DNA of 64,000 bases. Source: Candidatus Sericytochromatia bacterium. Lineage in GTDB: Bacteria > Cyanobacteriota > Sericytochromatia > S15B-MN24 > UBA4093. The notes beneath the pieces are model-generated. The model was not told the DNA's origin, did not search any database, and saw nothing but the letters and a program-made list of their open reading frames with translations. Position 1 is the first letter of the stretch. Each line of letters starts with the position of its first letter. Made by a program: the position numbers and the translations under genes. This document shows, in pieces, positions 1 to 9,988 of this stretch. The stretch lies in assembly GCA_036676985.1 (NCBI GenBank), contig JAKFBU010000056.1, forward strand, positions 160,001-224,000. The letters run 5' to 3'.

Positions 1-1
1 T

Positions 2-1285
2 CTCGGCATCACGGGCTTCGAGTCCGCGGCCCAGATCGTCGAGGAGCTGGAATCGCCCGCGTGGCGGTCGATCCAGAAGGTGTACCTCGCGATCGTCCTG
101 CTCGTCACCTTCACCTCGCCCATCACCTCCATGCTCTGCATCGTGATGCTGAGCGACGCCCAGCTCGTTACCTACAAGGACAACCTTCTCTCGGGCCTGG
201 CCTACGTACTGGGCGGCCAGCCCCTCCTGGTCCTGCTGGTCATGAACGCCATGCTGACCCTATTCGCGGCCGTCAATACGGCCTTTGCGGGGGCCACGGG
301 TCTCATGACGACGATGGGCAAGCAGGGGAACCTGCCGCCCATCGTCCTGCACCAGTGGACCAAGAAGATCCAGTCCTTCAAGGGCTACCCCTATGTGGCC
401 CTGCCCTTCATGGCGCTCTCGACCCTGATGCTGGTGGCCCTGCCGGGTGCCGTCAACCAGCTCGGCGAGGTCTACGGCATGGCCTTCCTGGGTGTCATGG
501 TGAGCTACAGCGTGGGCGTCATCCTGCTGAGGCTCTACCAGCCGCACAAGATCGCACGATCGCCCTACCTGGCAAAGTCCATCAAGCTCATCGGGAAGGA
601 CATCCCGATAGCGGCCCTTGTGGGCGGCGTGCTGCTGTTCGTCGCCTGGGGGACCCTGGTCCTGACGGCCCAGCATGCCCGGGACCTGGGCGTCCAGCTC
701 TTCCTGGCCGTCTTGCTGGTCATGGTCTTCTACCGGCTCGGCCAGGTCGAAGGCCGCATGGTCAAGATCCCCGACCTGAGGCTGGGTCTCGGCCGGTTCC
801 GCGACCAGGAGGTGCTCCCCGAGTCCCTGCCCGTCTACGTCGTCTGCACCTCGGGGGCGCATGCGGCGCGGCTCGTCACCATCATCAGTTACCTGCTCAA
901 GAAGCATGGCCCGGATCCGGTCGAGATCGTGCTCTTCCATGCGGAAGAGAAGGACGCGCATGGGGTGGTCTCCGAGGCCCTGCAGCGGCTGGTGAGCCAG
1001 CAGCTCGAGGACTTCTTCTCGGATCGCGACTTCATCCTGACCGTCAAGGTGCTCCCGGGCTCGCTCGTGGAGGTCTTGCCCGAGTACAAGAAGGTGAAGT
1101 CCATCGACACGGTCTACATCATGACCGGCCGCATCGCCGAGCGCAGCGCCAACCTGACCAACCACCTGGCCAACGAGCTCGGCTTGACGGTCATCCTGCT
1201 CGACGAGCGCGCCCTCCCCAAGGGCCCGGGCGCCTGGTTCCAGCAGTGGGTCGAAGGCTTCCGCCGCCGGAGCCGCGAGGACTGA
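2..1285 (+). CDS. APC-family amino acid permease with C-terminal soluble (USP-like) domain, 5'-truncated
   Basis: Frame is open from the window start (LGITGFESAAQIVEEL, APC-like GFES motif); multiple TM helices, then a soluble alpha/beta tail. Confidence 0.75.
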   Translation, partial: LGITGFESAAQIVEELESPAWRSIQKVYLAIVLLVTFTSPITSMLCIVMLSDAQLVTYKDNLLSGLAYVLGGQPLLVLLVMNAMLTLFAAVNTAFAGATGLMTTMGKQGNLPPIVLHQWTKKIQSFKGYPYVALPFMALSTLMLVALPGAVNQLGEVYGMAFLGVMVSYSVGVILLRLYQPHKIARSPYLAKSIKLIGKDIPIAALVGGVLLFVAWGTLVLTAQHARDLGVQLFLAVLLVMVFYRLGQVEGRMVKIPDLRLGLGRFRDQEVLPESLPVYVVCTSGAHAARLVTIISYLLKKHGPDPVEIVLFHAEEKDAHGVVSEALQRLVSQQLEDFFSDRDFILTVKVLPGSLVEVLPEYKKVKSIDTVYIMTGRIAERSANLTNHLANELGLTVILLDERALPKGPGAWFQQWVEGFRRRSRED

Positions 1286-1297
1286 TTACCTACACAC

Positions 1298-1334
1298 AGC
1301 AACCCACCCCGAGGGGTGGGTTGCTCTCTTTTTT
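1298..1334 (+). terminator. Intrinsic terminator
   Basis: AGCAACCCACCCC-GA-GGGGTGGGTTGCT hairpin followed by a T-run. Confidence 0.85.
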
Positions 1335-1376
1335 GGAACCGTTCGTCCTGAGGCTCTCGAAGGAACGAACGGTTCC

Positions 1377-2027
1377 TTATCCCACCAGCTTCCGGAAGAT
1401 CCAGTACGAGTACCCCACCGACCATCCCGTGAACGCCAGCACCGCAGCCAGGAACACCCAGAGCTGCCACTCCGGCGGCAAGAGGATGATGGCGAAGCAC
1501 AACAGCCCGAGCGCCACCATCAGCCGCCCGGCCAAGCGGTGCGTGCGGTACCACACCTCGTCGTTCGAGAGCGTCCAGGGCGTCCGGACGCCCACGAAGA
1601 AGTTGGATCGCACCGTCGGCATGTAGTTGCCGAGCACCACGAACAGCAGCCCCATGCCCACCATCAGCGACGACAACGAGATCTTTTGCCCCGGGTGCAG
1701 CGCCGCCGAGAGCGACAAATGCGTCAGCAGCACGAAGAACGCCAACAGGGTGCTCTTGATGACAGGATATATGCGCATGATGCTCTGCCAGTGAGCCGAT
1801 CGGGGATCGATCCAAGGGATCACCGTCATGAGCAGGTACAGCCCCGTGGCCACCAGCGGCCCGATGAGGGCTCCCGGGACCCTGGGCATCCATTGATCGG
1901 GCGCTCCGCCCGGCCCCCAGTGGGTCGGGATCGGGTCGGGGAGCTGCGGCCAGTAGTACGCCAGGATCGCCCAGCAGGAGGCCAGCAGCAGCAGCGGCAG
2001 GGCTTCACGTTTGAGCGTCAGACGCAT
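1377..2027 (-). CDS. sdpI: SdpI/YhfL-family immunity membrane protein (DUF1648 + SdpI)
   Basis: LPDPIPTHWG, GNYMP, NFFVGVRTPWTLSNDEVWYRTHRLAG motifs. Confidence 0.88.
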   Translation of the reverse strand: MRLTLKREALPLLLLASCWAILAYYWPQLPDPIPTHWGPGGAPDQWMPRVPGALIGPLVATGLYLLMTVIPWIDPRSAHWQSIMRIYPVIKSTLLAFFVLLTHLSLSAALHPGQKISLSSLMVGMGLLFVVLGNYMPTVRSNFFVGVRTPWTLSNDEVWYRTHRLAGRLMVALGLLCFAIILLPPEWQLWVFLAAVLAFTGWSVGYSYWIFRKLVG

Positions 2028-2295
2028 GGTCTTTTCCTTTCCAGAGGTCCAGCACGGTGGCCACGAACTCCTCGAACACCGTCATGTTCAGGTGGTAGGT
2101 GATGGTCGTCCCGTCGCGCTCGCCGTAGACGAGATCCGCCTCCTTGAGCTGGTTGAGGTGATGCGAGATCGACGGCTTCGAGATGTCGAAGTGATCGGCG
2201 ATCTCCCCGGCCGTGAGCGGGCGCTCTCGCAGCAAGGTCAGGATCTGGCGCCGGGTGGGGTCCGCGACGGCTTTGAAGACCTCGTTGAGCGGCAT
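2005..2295 (-). CDS. sdpR: ArsR-family autorepressor, SdpR-like
   Basis: VFKAVADPTRRQIL...LTAGEIADHFDISKPSISHHL; ATG at 2295 with GGAGG RBS; adjacent to sdpI. Confidence 0.85.
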   Translation of the reverse strand: MPLNEVFKAVADPTRRQILTLLRERPLTAGEIADHFDISKPSISHHLNQLKEADLVYGERDGTTITYHLNMTVFEEFVATVLDLWKGKDHASDAQT

Positions 2296-2303
2296 ACGGC
2301 CTC

Positions 2304-3125
2304 CTACATCCGGGCGATCAACTCGCTGCGCGAAAACTTCCGCACGGCGAGCTGGATGACGCCCAGCGCCAACAGCCAGAAGAGCGCCCCCACGATGAGG
2401 GCCATCGAGACCCCCAGGTACAGCACCCCCGAAGCCTGCCCGGCGATGAGGGCCACCACCAGGATCACGAGGATCCCGCCGAGCTGGTTGGCCTCCATGA
2501 AGGTGCTGACCTTGGACGAGACGAGCACCGACACGGCCATCCCCAGCGTCGCGACCGCCGGAGTCACCCAGAAGATGAGCGGCCACCACTGGGGCGTCGG
2601 GAACCAGATGCGCTGCATCAGGGGCCACGAGACGCCGTTGACGACGCCGATGTACAGGATGAAGCTCAGCCAGGAAAGCGTCAAGGCAGGCACCACCGCG
2701 GCGATCGTCTTGCCGACGAGCAGCTCCCGGTCAGTCGCCGGGGTGTAGAGCAAGGCCTCGAGGGTCTTTCGCTCCTTTTCCCCCGCGAAGGAATCGGCCC
2801 CGATGATGCTCGCGAGCATCATGGGCAGCACCAGGAACATGGGGGCCATCATGTAGCCCACCATCACCCAGACCATCAGCTGCCGAGGCGATAGGCCGGC
2901 CAGTTCGGCGGCGAGCGATTTCGGGAGGAAGCGCTGGATCGTCGCCAGAGAGTCCGCGAGCTTGGCCTCGGGCAACGGCGCGTAGCCCATCATGAAGATG
3001 AGGAAGGCCGGCAACGCCACGATGAAGATCAGGGGAACGATGACCGACGGGACGAGGACCGCCCGGTTCCGGCTCACCTCGAGCAGATCCTTGCGGGCCA
3101 CGGTTCGAACGATACGCCAGTTCAT
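2304..3125 (-). CDS. ABC-2 type exporter permease
   Basis: DSFAGEKERKTLEALLYTP motif, about 6 TM; start MNWRIV overlaps the ATPase stop. Confidence 0.85.
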   Translation of the reverse strand: MNWRIVRTVARKDLLEVSRNRAVLVPSVIVPLIFIVALPAFLIFMMGYAPLPEAKLADSLATIQRFLPKSLAAELAGLSPRQLMVWVMVGYMMAPMFLVLPMMLASIIGADSFAGEKERKTLEALLYTPATDRELLVGKTIAAVVPALTLSWLSFILYIGVVNGVSWPLMQRIWFPTPQWWPLIFWVTPAVATLGMAVSVLVSSKVSTFMEANQLGGILVILVVALIAGQASGVLYLGVSMALIVGALFWLLALGVIQLAVRKFSRSELIARM

Positions 3126-4066
3126 GCCAGCACCTCCTCGCGCTGTTGCAGGGTGAAGTAGATCTCGGAAAGCGAGGCCTCCTTGGGCATCACGCGGTGG
3201 ATGGGCGCCCCTTCGGCCACCAAGAGGGCCACGACCTCCGGGATCCGGTGCTCGGCGTCGAGCTGCACGTCGAACCGGGTATCCGCCACCCGCACCGACC
3301 GCACGCCGGTGAGGGATTCGAGCCGGCGCACCACGCGCTCGTCGCAGGGGTTCAAGACGTCCACTTCGACCGAATGGCCGGTGCCCAGGCGCTTGGCGAG
3401 CTCGGCCCGGCTGCCGACCGCGAGCAGCCGCCCCCGGTTGAAGAGCGCCACGCGATCGCACAGCCGCTCGGCCTGAGCGAGGTTGTGCGTGGCGAGAAAG
3501 ACCGTACGGCCCTCCTCGCGCGCCAGGGTGGCGATGAGATCGCTCACGGCCTCCGACGACTCCGGATCGAGGCCCGAGGTGGGCTCGTCCAGGAAGAGCA
3601 GGGCCGGGTCGTGGACGAGGGCGCGGGCGATCGCGAGCCGCTGCTTCATGCCCTTGCTGTAGGTGCCCGCCCGGTCGTCGGCGCGGTCCGAAAGACCGAG
3701 AATGGCGAGGGTCCGTTCCACCCGCTGCGCGAGCTCCGCCTCGGGCACGCCGTACATGGCGCCGAACAACAGGAGGTTCTCGCGAGCGCTCAGGCGCTCC
3801 GAGAGGGAGGGCGTCTCGGTGAGGACGCCCGTGCGGCTCCGCACCTCGGTCCCCTGGGTGGCCGGGTCGAAGCCCAGCACGCGGGCGGATCCCGACGTGG
3901 GGCTCAGGATCCCGTTGAGGAGGCGCACCGTCGTGGTCTTGCCCGCGCCGTTGGGGCCGAGCACCCCGAACACCTCACCCTCCTCCACCGTGAAGGTCAG
4001 CCCGTCGACCGCCTTGAAGGTGCCGAAGACGCGGGTCAAGCCCTGTGAATCGATGGCGAATCCCAT
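3122..4066 (-). CDS. ABC exporter ATP-binding protein
   Basis: Walker A GPNGAGKT, signature YSKGMKQR, Walker B LFLDEP. Confidence 0.95.
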   Translation of the reverse strand: MGFAIDSQGLTRVFGTFKAVDGLTFTVEEGEVFGVLGPNGAGKTTTVRLLNGILSPTSGSARVLGFDPATQGTEVRSRTGVLTETPSLSERLSARENLLLFGAMYGVPEAELAQRVERTLAILGLSDRADDRAGTYSKGMKQRLAIARALVHDPALLFLDEPTSGLDPESSEAVSDLIATLAREEGRTVFLATHNLAQAERLCDRVALFNRGRLLAVGSRAELAKRLGTGHSVEVDVLNPCDERVVRRLESLTGVRSVRVADTRFDVQLDAEHRIPEVVALLVAEGAPIHRVMPKEASLSEIYFTLQQREEVLA

Positions 4067-4076
4067 GGGTCCCTCC

Positions 4077-4946
4077 TTAGACGAGCGCGGCCGGGACGAC
4101 CCCGTCGAAGCGGCGGCGGACGACGAGCACGGCGACGATGACGGCGAGCAAGGCGAGGCCGACGAGGCCCACGGGCCCCGCGAGTAGCGGGTTCACGCTC
4201 GCCACGAGGAAGGTGGCGACGTAGGCATTGCCCTGATTGATCAGCCCGTGGGCGACGCTGACCACCCAGACGCTGCCCGAGGCGTAGAAGAGCCACGCGA
4301 GCACGGCCCCCATGAGCACGCAGAAGGCCGTCATCCAGAAGATGCCCGCGACCGGGTAGCCGGGATAGTTGTGGCCCATGGCGATGATGGGCGCGTGCCA
4401 GAGGCCCCAGATGACGCCGTGCAGGACGATGGCCTTGGCCGTGCCGAGCTCCATGAGCTTGGGCAGAAGGTAGGCCCGCCAGCCGTACTCCTCGCCGAAG
4501 TACGCGGGCAAGCCCAGGAGCGCCCCGACGATGGCCGTCTGGACGAACATGCCCACCAGGAAGGCGGGCATGGCGATCTCGACGGGCTTGCCGGTCTTCT
4601 CGGCGATCATGTCGAGGAAGGCCTGCGCCTTGTGGAACTGCGTGTCCAGCTGCAGCCAGGGGGTCGCCGCCGACAGCAGGTACGAGGCCGCGAGCCACCC
4701 GAGGATGAGCGCCGCTCCGATGACGTAGTAGCGCTTGCGGCCGAGCCCCAGCCCGCTGCCCCGAAAGCCCTCCTTGGAGACCCATTTGCGGAAGACGATG
4801 GCCACCGCCGCGGGGATCAGCATCTGGAGGCCGACCAACACCGCGAAGAGCTGCGGATTCCGGAGGCCGCCCTGCATGAAGACGACCGCGTCGAGGACGT
4901 ACGTGAGGAGGAAGACGACTCCGACGTACCAGAGGGCGTGGCGCAT
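4077..4946 (-). CDS. CPBP/Abi (CAAX protease-like) intramembrane metalloprotease
   Basis: GEEYGWRAYL, WGLWHAP and AHGLIN motifs. Confidence 0.9.
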   Translation of the reverse strand: MRHALWYVGVVFLLTYVLDAVVFMQGGLRNPQLFAVLVGLQMLIPAAVAIVFRKWVSKEGFRGSGLGLGRKRYYVIGAALILGWLAASYLLSAATPWLQLDTQFHKAQAFLDMIAEKTGKPVEIAMPAFLVGMFVQTAIVGALLGLPAYFGEEYGWRAYLLPKLMELGTAKAIVLHGVIWGLWHAPIIAMGHNYPGYPVAGIFWMTAFCVLMGAVLAWLFYASGSVWVVSVAHGLINQGNAYVATFLVASVNPLLAGPVGLVGLALLAVIVAVLVVRRRFDGVVPAALV

Positions 4947-4973
4947 ACCGGGCTCCTTTGTTTGAGTAGTGAA

Positions 4974-4995
4974 TAATTAGAACATTGACTAATTA
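4974..4995. promoter_or_regulatory. Putative operator for the SdpR-like repressor
   Basis: TAATTAG-N8-CTAATTA inverted repeat in an AT-rich patch just upstream of the operon. Confidence 0.55.
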
Positions 4996-5077
4996 GATAT
5001 TACCCTAAAAAGCATGAAACGCAACCCCCGTGAGCCCTTGACCTGTAGTCGACTGCCCGTGTGCACCGCACGGCACG

Positions 5078-5110
5078 AAAAAAGCCCGGGCCGTCGGTGA
5101 CGGCCCGGGC
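5078..5110 (-). terminator. Intrinsic terminator
   Basis: 12-bp GC stem with an A6 run on + (U-tract on -), downstream of the HEAT gene. Confidence 0.85.
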
Positions 5111-5133
5111 GCAAAGCGGAGGCTTGGCGGAGG

Positions 5134-5652
5134 CTAGAGGTCCTCGAGCAGGGTGTCGTAGGCGCTCTGGACGCCGCGCAGCGTCGCGAGGGCATGTTGG
5201 CGCATGGCCTCCACGGCGGGATCGGTGGAGGGGACCAGGGCCTCCAAGGGCTCGAGGGCACGCTGGTCACCGATGCGCGCCAGCGCCTCCAGGGCGCCGA
5301 GCTGCATGGAGGGGCTGCCCTGCAGGGCGATGAGCAGGAGCTCCACCGAGTCGTCGGAGTCGATCTTGGCGACGGCCTCGGCCGCGTAGGTCCGGAGCTC
5401 GTCGTCCTTGGACTGCAGGGCCATCAGGAGGGGCTGGAGGGCGCTCGGGTGGCCCAGGTTGCCGAGTCCGATGGCCGCGCTGCGCTTGACCTGCAGATCC
5501 TCGTCGAAGGCGAGGGTGGACATGAGGTACTCGACCACCATGGGGTTGCCGGAGAGGCCCAGCACGGTCGCCGCCTGCGAGCGGACCGCCGGGTCCTCGT
5601 CCCGCAGGTCGAAGATGATGGGATCCAGCGAGATGTCGTCGGTCGCGCTCAC
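5134..5652 (-). CDS. HEAT/PBS-lyase repeat protein
   Basis: Repeated VRxxAAxxLG units. Confidence 0.85.
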   Translation of the reverse strand: MSATDDISLDPIIFDLRDEDPAVRSQAATVLGLSGNPMVVEYLMSTLAFDEDLQVKRSAAIGLGNLGHPSALQPLLMALQSKDDELRTYAAEAVAKIDSDDSVELLLIALQGSPSMQLGALEALARIGDQRALEPLEALVPSTDPAVEAMRQHALATLRGVQSAYDTLLEDL

Positions 5653-5674
5653 CGCACCCTCCTAATCGTGCCGG

Positions 5675-6520
5675 CTAGCCGGCCTGGGACGTTTCGGGCT
5701 TGAAGATGGAGACGATCTTGAGGCCGGTCCGCTCCCTCAGCTCGGCCTCGACCTCGAGGGCCTCTTCGCGGCTCAGGTGCTTGAGGGGAACGGCGGGATA
5801 GGGCGCCTTGTCGTGGTTGCCTCGGGCCTCGATGAACCACTCCTGCGGCACCGGCCGCATGGGGGTGTTGAGCTGCACCTCGTCGGGGCCGATCTGCCTT
5901 AGAATCGTCGCGAACTCCTCGATCTCCTTGCGGTTCATGGGCATGAACATCATCTGGATGGCGAGGTAGCCCTGGTACTCGGCGCGGAACGCCAGGATCC
6001 CGTCGAGGATCGTTTGGAAGGTGACGCCTTCCACGGGGCGATCGACCATCTGGAGCGTGCGCTCGTTGGAGGCGTCCAGCTTGCAGAAGACCTTTTCGGC
6101 CTTGGCGAGGTCGCGCCGGACGGCGGGGTCGCCGAGCAGCGTGGAGTTGGTGAGCACCATGACGGGCTTGTGGGTCAGGGCGTGGATGCCGTCGATCACC
6201 TCGCCCATGTTGAGGGCGAGTGTCGGCTCACCGCTGCCGGAGAGCGTGACGATATCCGCCGACTGCCAGTCACTGGCAGCGAGGTCCGCCATGACGCGCT
6301 CGGTGGAGACGTAGACGCGCCGCTCCAGGGTGGGCACCTGGATCTTGCCCAGCTGGCAATAAACGCAGCGGAACGAGCAGATGCTCGACGTGTAGAGCAG
6401 GTCCACCCCCAGGGACATCCCGACGCGCCAAGAACGAACGGGACCGTAGACGGTCGAGACGTTCGGCTGGGCGTTTTCGGGAGTGGTCGATTGGGTCAGG
6501 ACGGTCACAGGGCACCTCAT
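5675..6520 (-). CDS. Radical SAM protein of unknown function
   Basis: CSFRCVYC motif, GSGEPTL, YGPVRSWRVGMSLGVD N-terminus. Confidence 0.88.
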   Translation of the reverse strand: MRCPVTVLTQSTTPENAQPNVSTVYGPVRSWRVGMSLGVDLLYTSSICSFRCVYCQLGKIQVPTLERRVYVSTERVMADLAASDWQSADIVTLSGSGEPTLALNMGEVIDGIHALTHKPVMVLTNSTLLGDPAVRRDLAKAEKVFCKLDASNERTLQMVDRPVEGVTFQTILDGILAFRAEYQGYLAIQMMFMPMNRKEIEEFATILRQIGPDEVQLNTPMRPVPQEWFIEARGNHDKAPYPAVPLKHLSREEALEVEAELRERTGLKIVSIFKPETSQAG

Positions 6521-6575
6521 CTACTACCATGACCAGTCTACCACCCAACGCCCGGTTTTCAAATGCGCGCCCCCC

Positions 6576-7013
6576 TCAGGGATTGCTCATCCCCTTGGTG
6601 GCGGGGACCTCGCGCAGGGGCACGAACAGGTCGTTGCCGCTCCGGAGGTAGAGCCCCGGCGGTGCCGCCTGCGCGCCGCCACCGCCTCCCGCGGAGGTCT
6701 GGCTGGGCGCGTAGACGTCCTGCCCGTCGGCGCGGCCGACCACCTTCATGCGGTCAGGATCGGCCACCACCTGGCGATCGACAGCGTTCGGCACCGGCGC
6801 CAGTTGCCTGCCTTCGTACGCGAGGACCTGGTTCTGGCCCGAGACCGGGTTGAAGTAGGTGACCGACTCCTTCTCCGGATGGGGCCACCAGAACAAGAGG
6901 GCAGGGATCAGGAGCACGATGAGCAGCAAGAAGGGCCAAAGCGGGACGACGATCTTGCCCGACCCGGCCGGTTTCTCGCTCCCACCCTCTTTCTTGACGC
7001 GCAAATCGGCCAT
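6576..7013 (-). CDS. Hypothetical single-pass membrane protein
   Basis: ATG at 7013 with GGGAGG RBS; one TM (LWPFLLLIVLLIPALLFWW). Confidence 0.6.
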   Translation of the reverse strand: MADLRVKKEGGSEKPAGSGKIVVPLWPFLLLIVLLIPALLFWWPHPEKESVTYFNPVSGQNQVLAYEGRQLAPVPNAVDRQVVADPDRMKVVGRADGQDVYAPSQTSAGGGGGAQAAPPGLYLRSGNDLFVPLREVPATKGMSNP

Positions 7014-7206
7014 GGGTGCCTCCCTTTCGCAACGCTGCCTGCGCCCACCATAACGGCCTCCGGCATGGGGATCTTCGTCCACTTGAACCAATGCCGTGAG
7101 CGGTTTTGCCCTCGCCGCATGGCTCGAATCCCGTTTGCTTGGTGTATGATATGGCTAAGTTGCCAGGTATCTGGGCCTGGCCAGTCACTCTAAGGAGTAC
7201 CGCGAG

Positions 7207-7662
7207 ATGCGCTTTACGCTGGATGAGGCCAATACCTTGCTGCCGGAGCTGGTACGTCGGCTCGAGACGGCCCATGGCGAGCTTGCCCCGGTCTACGAAG
7301 AAGTCAAGGCGGCCAACGAGGCGCTGCTCGCCGTCGAATGGAAGCTGCGCACGGCCCGCCAGGAAGGGGCTCCGCGCATCTCGATGCAGGAGCTGCAGAG
7401 CGCCTGGGACGAGGCGGCCGCCCACCTGGTCGCGACCAAGGGCATGCTCGACGAGCGCGAGGATGCCTGGATCCGGCTCTTGCAGCGCTCGGGCGTGGTG
7501 GTCCGCAACCTCAAGTCTGGCGCCATCGACTTTCCCGCCAAGGGCGGCCACCCGGAGGCCTTCTTCTGCTGGCACCAGGGTGAGCCCGCGATCGCCTACT
7601 GGCATCCGAACGGCGACGAGCACGAGACCGAGACCCGCCTGCCGCTGACCGAGCCGGCGTAG
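7207..7662 (+). CDS. DUF2203-family protein
   Basis: FTLDEANTLLP...GAIDFP...FCWHQGEPAIAYWH; AAGGAG RBS. Confidence 0.8.
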   Translation: MRFTLDEANTLLPELVRRLETAHGELAPVYEEVKAANEALLAVEWKLRTARQEGAPRISMQELQSAWDEAAAHLVATKGMLDEREDAWIRLLQRSGVVVRNLKSGAIDFPAKGGHPEAFFCWHQGEPAIAYWHPNGDEHETETRLPLTEPA

Positions 7663-7753
7663 GTCCACGACCGCCGAAAGAACTCGCGACGGCCCGAGCA
7701 TGCTCGGGCCGTCTTGCTTTGGTGGCAAGCTAGGAGCCATGCGTGCGATGGCG

Positions 7754-7785
7754 CTCCCGTCACCCTCGCGAACGCGGGGGTCCAC
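7754..7785. repeat. CGTC-type REP-like palindrome, copy 1
   Basis: CTCCCGTCACCCTCGCGAACGCGGGGGTCCAC; near-identical copy at 52712. Confidence 0.7.
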
Positions 7786-7803
7786 CGGTGCGGATTCAGG
7801 AGG

Positions 7804-8820
7804 CTACGCGTGCCGCTCCACCCGGTTCCGCCCCCCCCGCTTGGCCTTGTACAGCGCGCGATCGGCCGCATCCACCAGCTCCACCGCCCTGGCCATCTCG
7901 GCCGAGAGACTCGCAATCCCGAGGCTCGCCGTGACCTGGAGGCATCCACCCGGCAACTCCAGCGACCACTCCTCGATGGCCTTGCGCAGGCGCTCGGCGA
8001 GCACCATGGCTCCCGCGATCTCGGTATCCGGCAAGAGCACCGCGAACTCCTCGCCTCCGAAACGCCCGGCCACGTCCGAGAGGCGCAGCTGCCCCCGGAT
8101 CACGTAGCCCACCCCCCCGAGCACCTGGTCGCCGACCACGTGGCCATGGGTGTCGTTGATGTCCTTGAAGTGATCCAGGTCGACCAGGATGAGTGCCAGG
8201 GGCTGGTCATACCGCCGCGAGTGGTCCAGCTGCTCGGTCAGACGCTGTTCCAGGTAGGCCTTGGAGCCGAGTCCGGTCATGCGGTCCGTGATGGCCTGCC
8301 CCATGGCGTCCGCATAGAGGTCGTACAACCCGAGCGCCATGTCGAGCTTCTCGGAGTAGCTCGCCTCCGAGCGATGCATCAGCGCCCGCGTGTTGACCTG
8401 AAACAGGAGCTGGCCAGCGAACAAGCCGTAGGCATCCAGTGCCGCCAGGCGCTCGTCCGTGGGCGGGGACAGGAGGCGCAGGTAGACGAGGCCCACTCGT
8501 TCGCGGCCCAGCGTGAGCGGGACGGCACAGTCGAGACCAGCGTCGACGCCCGGGCCAACGACCACCTTGCGATCGAGCGACGCCTCGGCCACCAGCTCGT
8601 TGGACAGGGCGACGGGCCACACGGGCTCGCCGTTCGTGCCCAGGGAATGGGCCTGGACCAGCGTGTTGCCCAGCATGATCGAGCCCTGCGAGGCACCGCT
8701 CAGGTCGATCAGGTGCCGCAGCACGACGACCGCGGGCTCGGTGCTCTCGACCGAACGGGCCGCTTCGCGAAAGAGGTGCGCCAGCGTCCCGGCGCCGATG
8801 GGGGTTGCCTCGAGGGTCAT
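7804..8820 (-). CDS. Diguanylate cyclase (GAF-like + GGDEF)
   Basis: DLDHFKDINDTHGH, RLSD I-site, GGEEF. Confidence 0.9.
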   Translation of the reverse strand: MTLEATPIGAGTLAHLFREAARSVESTEPAVVVLRHLIDLSGASQGSIMLGNTLVQAHSLGTNGEPVWPVALSNELVAEASLDRKVVVGPGVDAGLDCAVPLTLGRERVGLVYLRLLSPPTDERLAALDAYGLFAGQLLFQVNTRALMHRSEASYSEKLDMALGLYDLYADAMGQAITDRMTGLGSKAYLEQRLTEQLDHSRRYDQPLALILVDLDHFKDINDTHGHVVGDQVLGGVGYVIRGQLRLSDVAGRFGGEEFAVLLPDTEIAGAMVLAERLRKAIEEWSLELPGGCLQVTASLGIASLSAEMARAVELVDAADRALYKAKRGGRNRVERHA

Positions 8821-8871
8821 GGGGCCTCCGCCTGTACACTCCGTCGGGATCATACCCGGACAGGCGGGCGC

Positions 8872-9987
8872 CTACCCCTCCGCCGGCTCGGCGATCGCCA
8901 GGTCTATCTCTTCGACGACCGTCGGATCCGCCTCGGTGCGCCGGGCCTCGTGCAGGGCCTCCAGCGCCTCCGGAGTCCGGATGCGGCCCAGGGCCCAGGC
9001 AGCCGAGCCACGCACCACGGGCTCGGGATCTTGGCCGAGAGCCTTGGCGAGGGGCGGCACGGTCCGGGGGTCCCGGGCGTTGCCGAGGGCGATCGCCGCG
9101 TTGCGCGCGAGGCCGTGACGCTTGGTGCGCTTGATGGCGCTGCCCTTGAACCGGGCGGAGAACTCCTCCTGCGTCAGCTCCAGGAGACCCACCAGGTCGG
9201 GGTAGACGCGATCGGTGCGGGGCACGAAGGCCGGCTCGGTCGCTTGCTCCGAGTGGCGGTTCCACGGGCACACCTCCTGGCAGAGGTCGCACCCGTACAC
9301 CCAGTCCCCGATGAGCGGGCGCAGATCGCGCGGGATCGGGCCCCGGAGCTCGATGGTCAGGTAGGAGATGCAGCGCCGCGAGTCGATGACGCCCGGCCGG
9401 ATGATGGCCCCGGTGGGGCAGACGGTCATGCACCGGGTGCAGGATCCGCAGCGGTTGGGGTGCGGCTCCTCGTTGACGGGCAGCGGCACGGCCGTGATGA
9501 TGTCGGCGAGGAAGCCGAAGGACCCGTGCTTGGTGGTGATGAGGCAGCCATTCTTCCCGATCCACCCGAGGCCCGCGGTCTCGGCGACGCTGCGCTCGAG
9601 GACGGGACCGGTGTCGGTGTAGGAGCGGGACGGGCTATCCCCGAGGGCGCTCGCGAGGCTCCGCAGCCTGCCTGGGATGAGGTCGTGATAGTCGTCGCCG
9701 AGGGCGTAGCGGGCCATGCGGCCGCGCGGCACGTCGAGGGGCTTGGGACCCAGGGGGCCCGGGTCGTAGGCCATCCAGAGGGCGAGCACGGTCGCGGCCT
9801 CGGGCACCACCTGGCGCGGGTCCATGCGGCGCTCCATGTTCTTCGCCATCCAGGCCATGTCCCCGTGGTAGCCGGCCTCGATCCAGGCCTGATAGGCGGG
9901 GCCGCCCCGGTACGGGCGCGCCGGAGCCGCGGCCACGGCCGAAAAGCCCAGGTCATGGGCGGTCGCCTCCAGCTCCTTCCAGTCCAC
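8872..9987 (-). CDS. queG: Epoxyqueuosine reductase
   Basis: RYALGDDYH, DTGPVLER, CGSCTRCMTVCPT, GCDLCQEVCPWN, C-terminal HEAT repeats. Confidence 0.93.
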   Translation of the reverse strand: MDWKELEATAHDLGFSAVAAAPARPYRGGPAYQAWIEAGYHGDMAWMAKNMERRMDPRQVVPEAATVLALWMAYDPGPLGPKPLDVPRGRMARYALGDDYHDLIPGRLRSLASALGDSPSRSYTDTGPVLERSVAETAGLGWIGKNGCLITTKHGSFGFLADIITAVPLPVNEEPHPNRCGSCTRCMTVCPTGAIIRPGVIDSRRCISYLTIELRGPIPRDLRPLIGDWVYGCDLCQEVCPWNRHSEQATEPAFVPRTDRVYPDLVGLLELTQEEFSARFKGSAIKRTKRHGLARNAAIALGNARDPRTVPPLAKALGQDPEPVVRGSAAWALGRIRTPEALEALHEARRTEADPTVVEEIDLAIAEPAEG

Positions 9988-9988
9988 C

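Noticed and set aside
5134-6520. Radical SAM RiPP cluster
   Set aside because: No SPASM domain or precursor peptide visible; the ABC/CPBP operon is separated by a terminator and has its own operator
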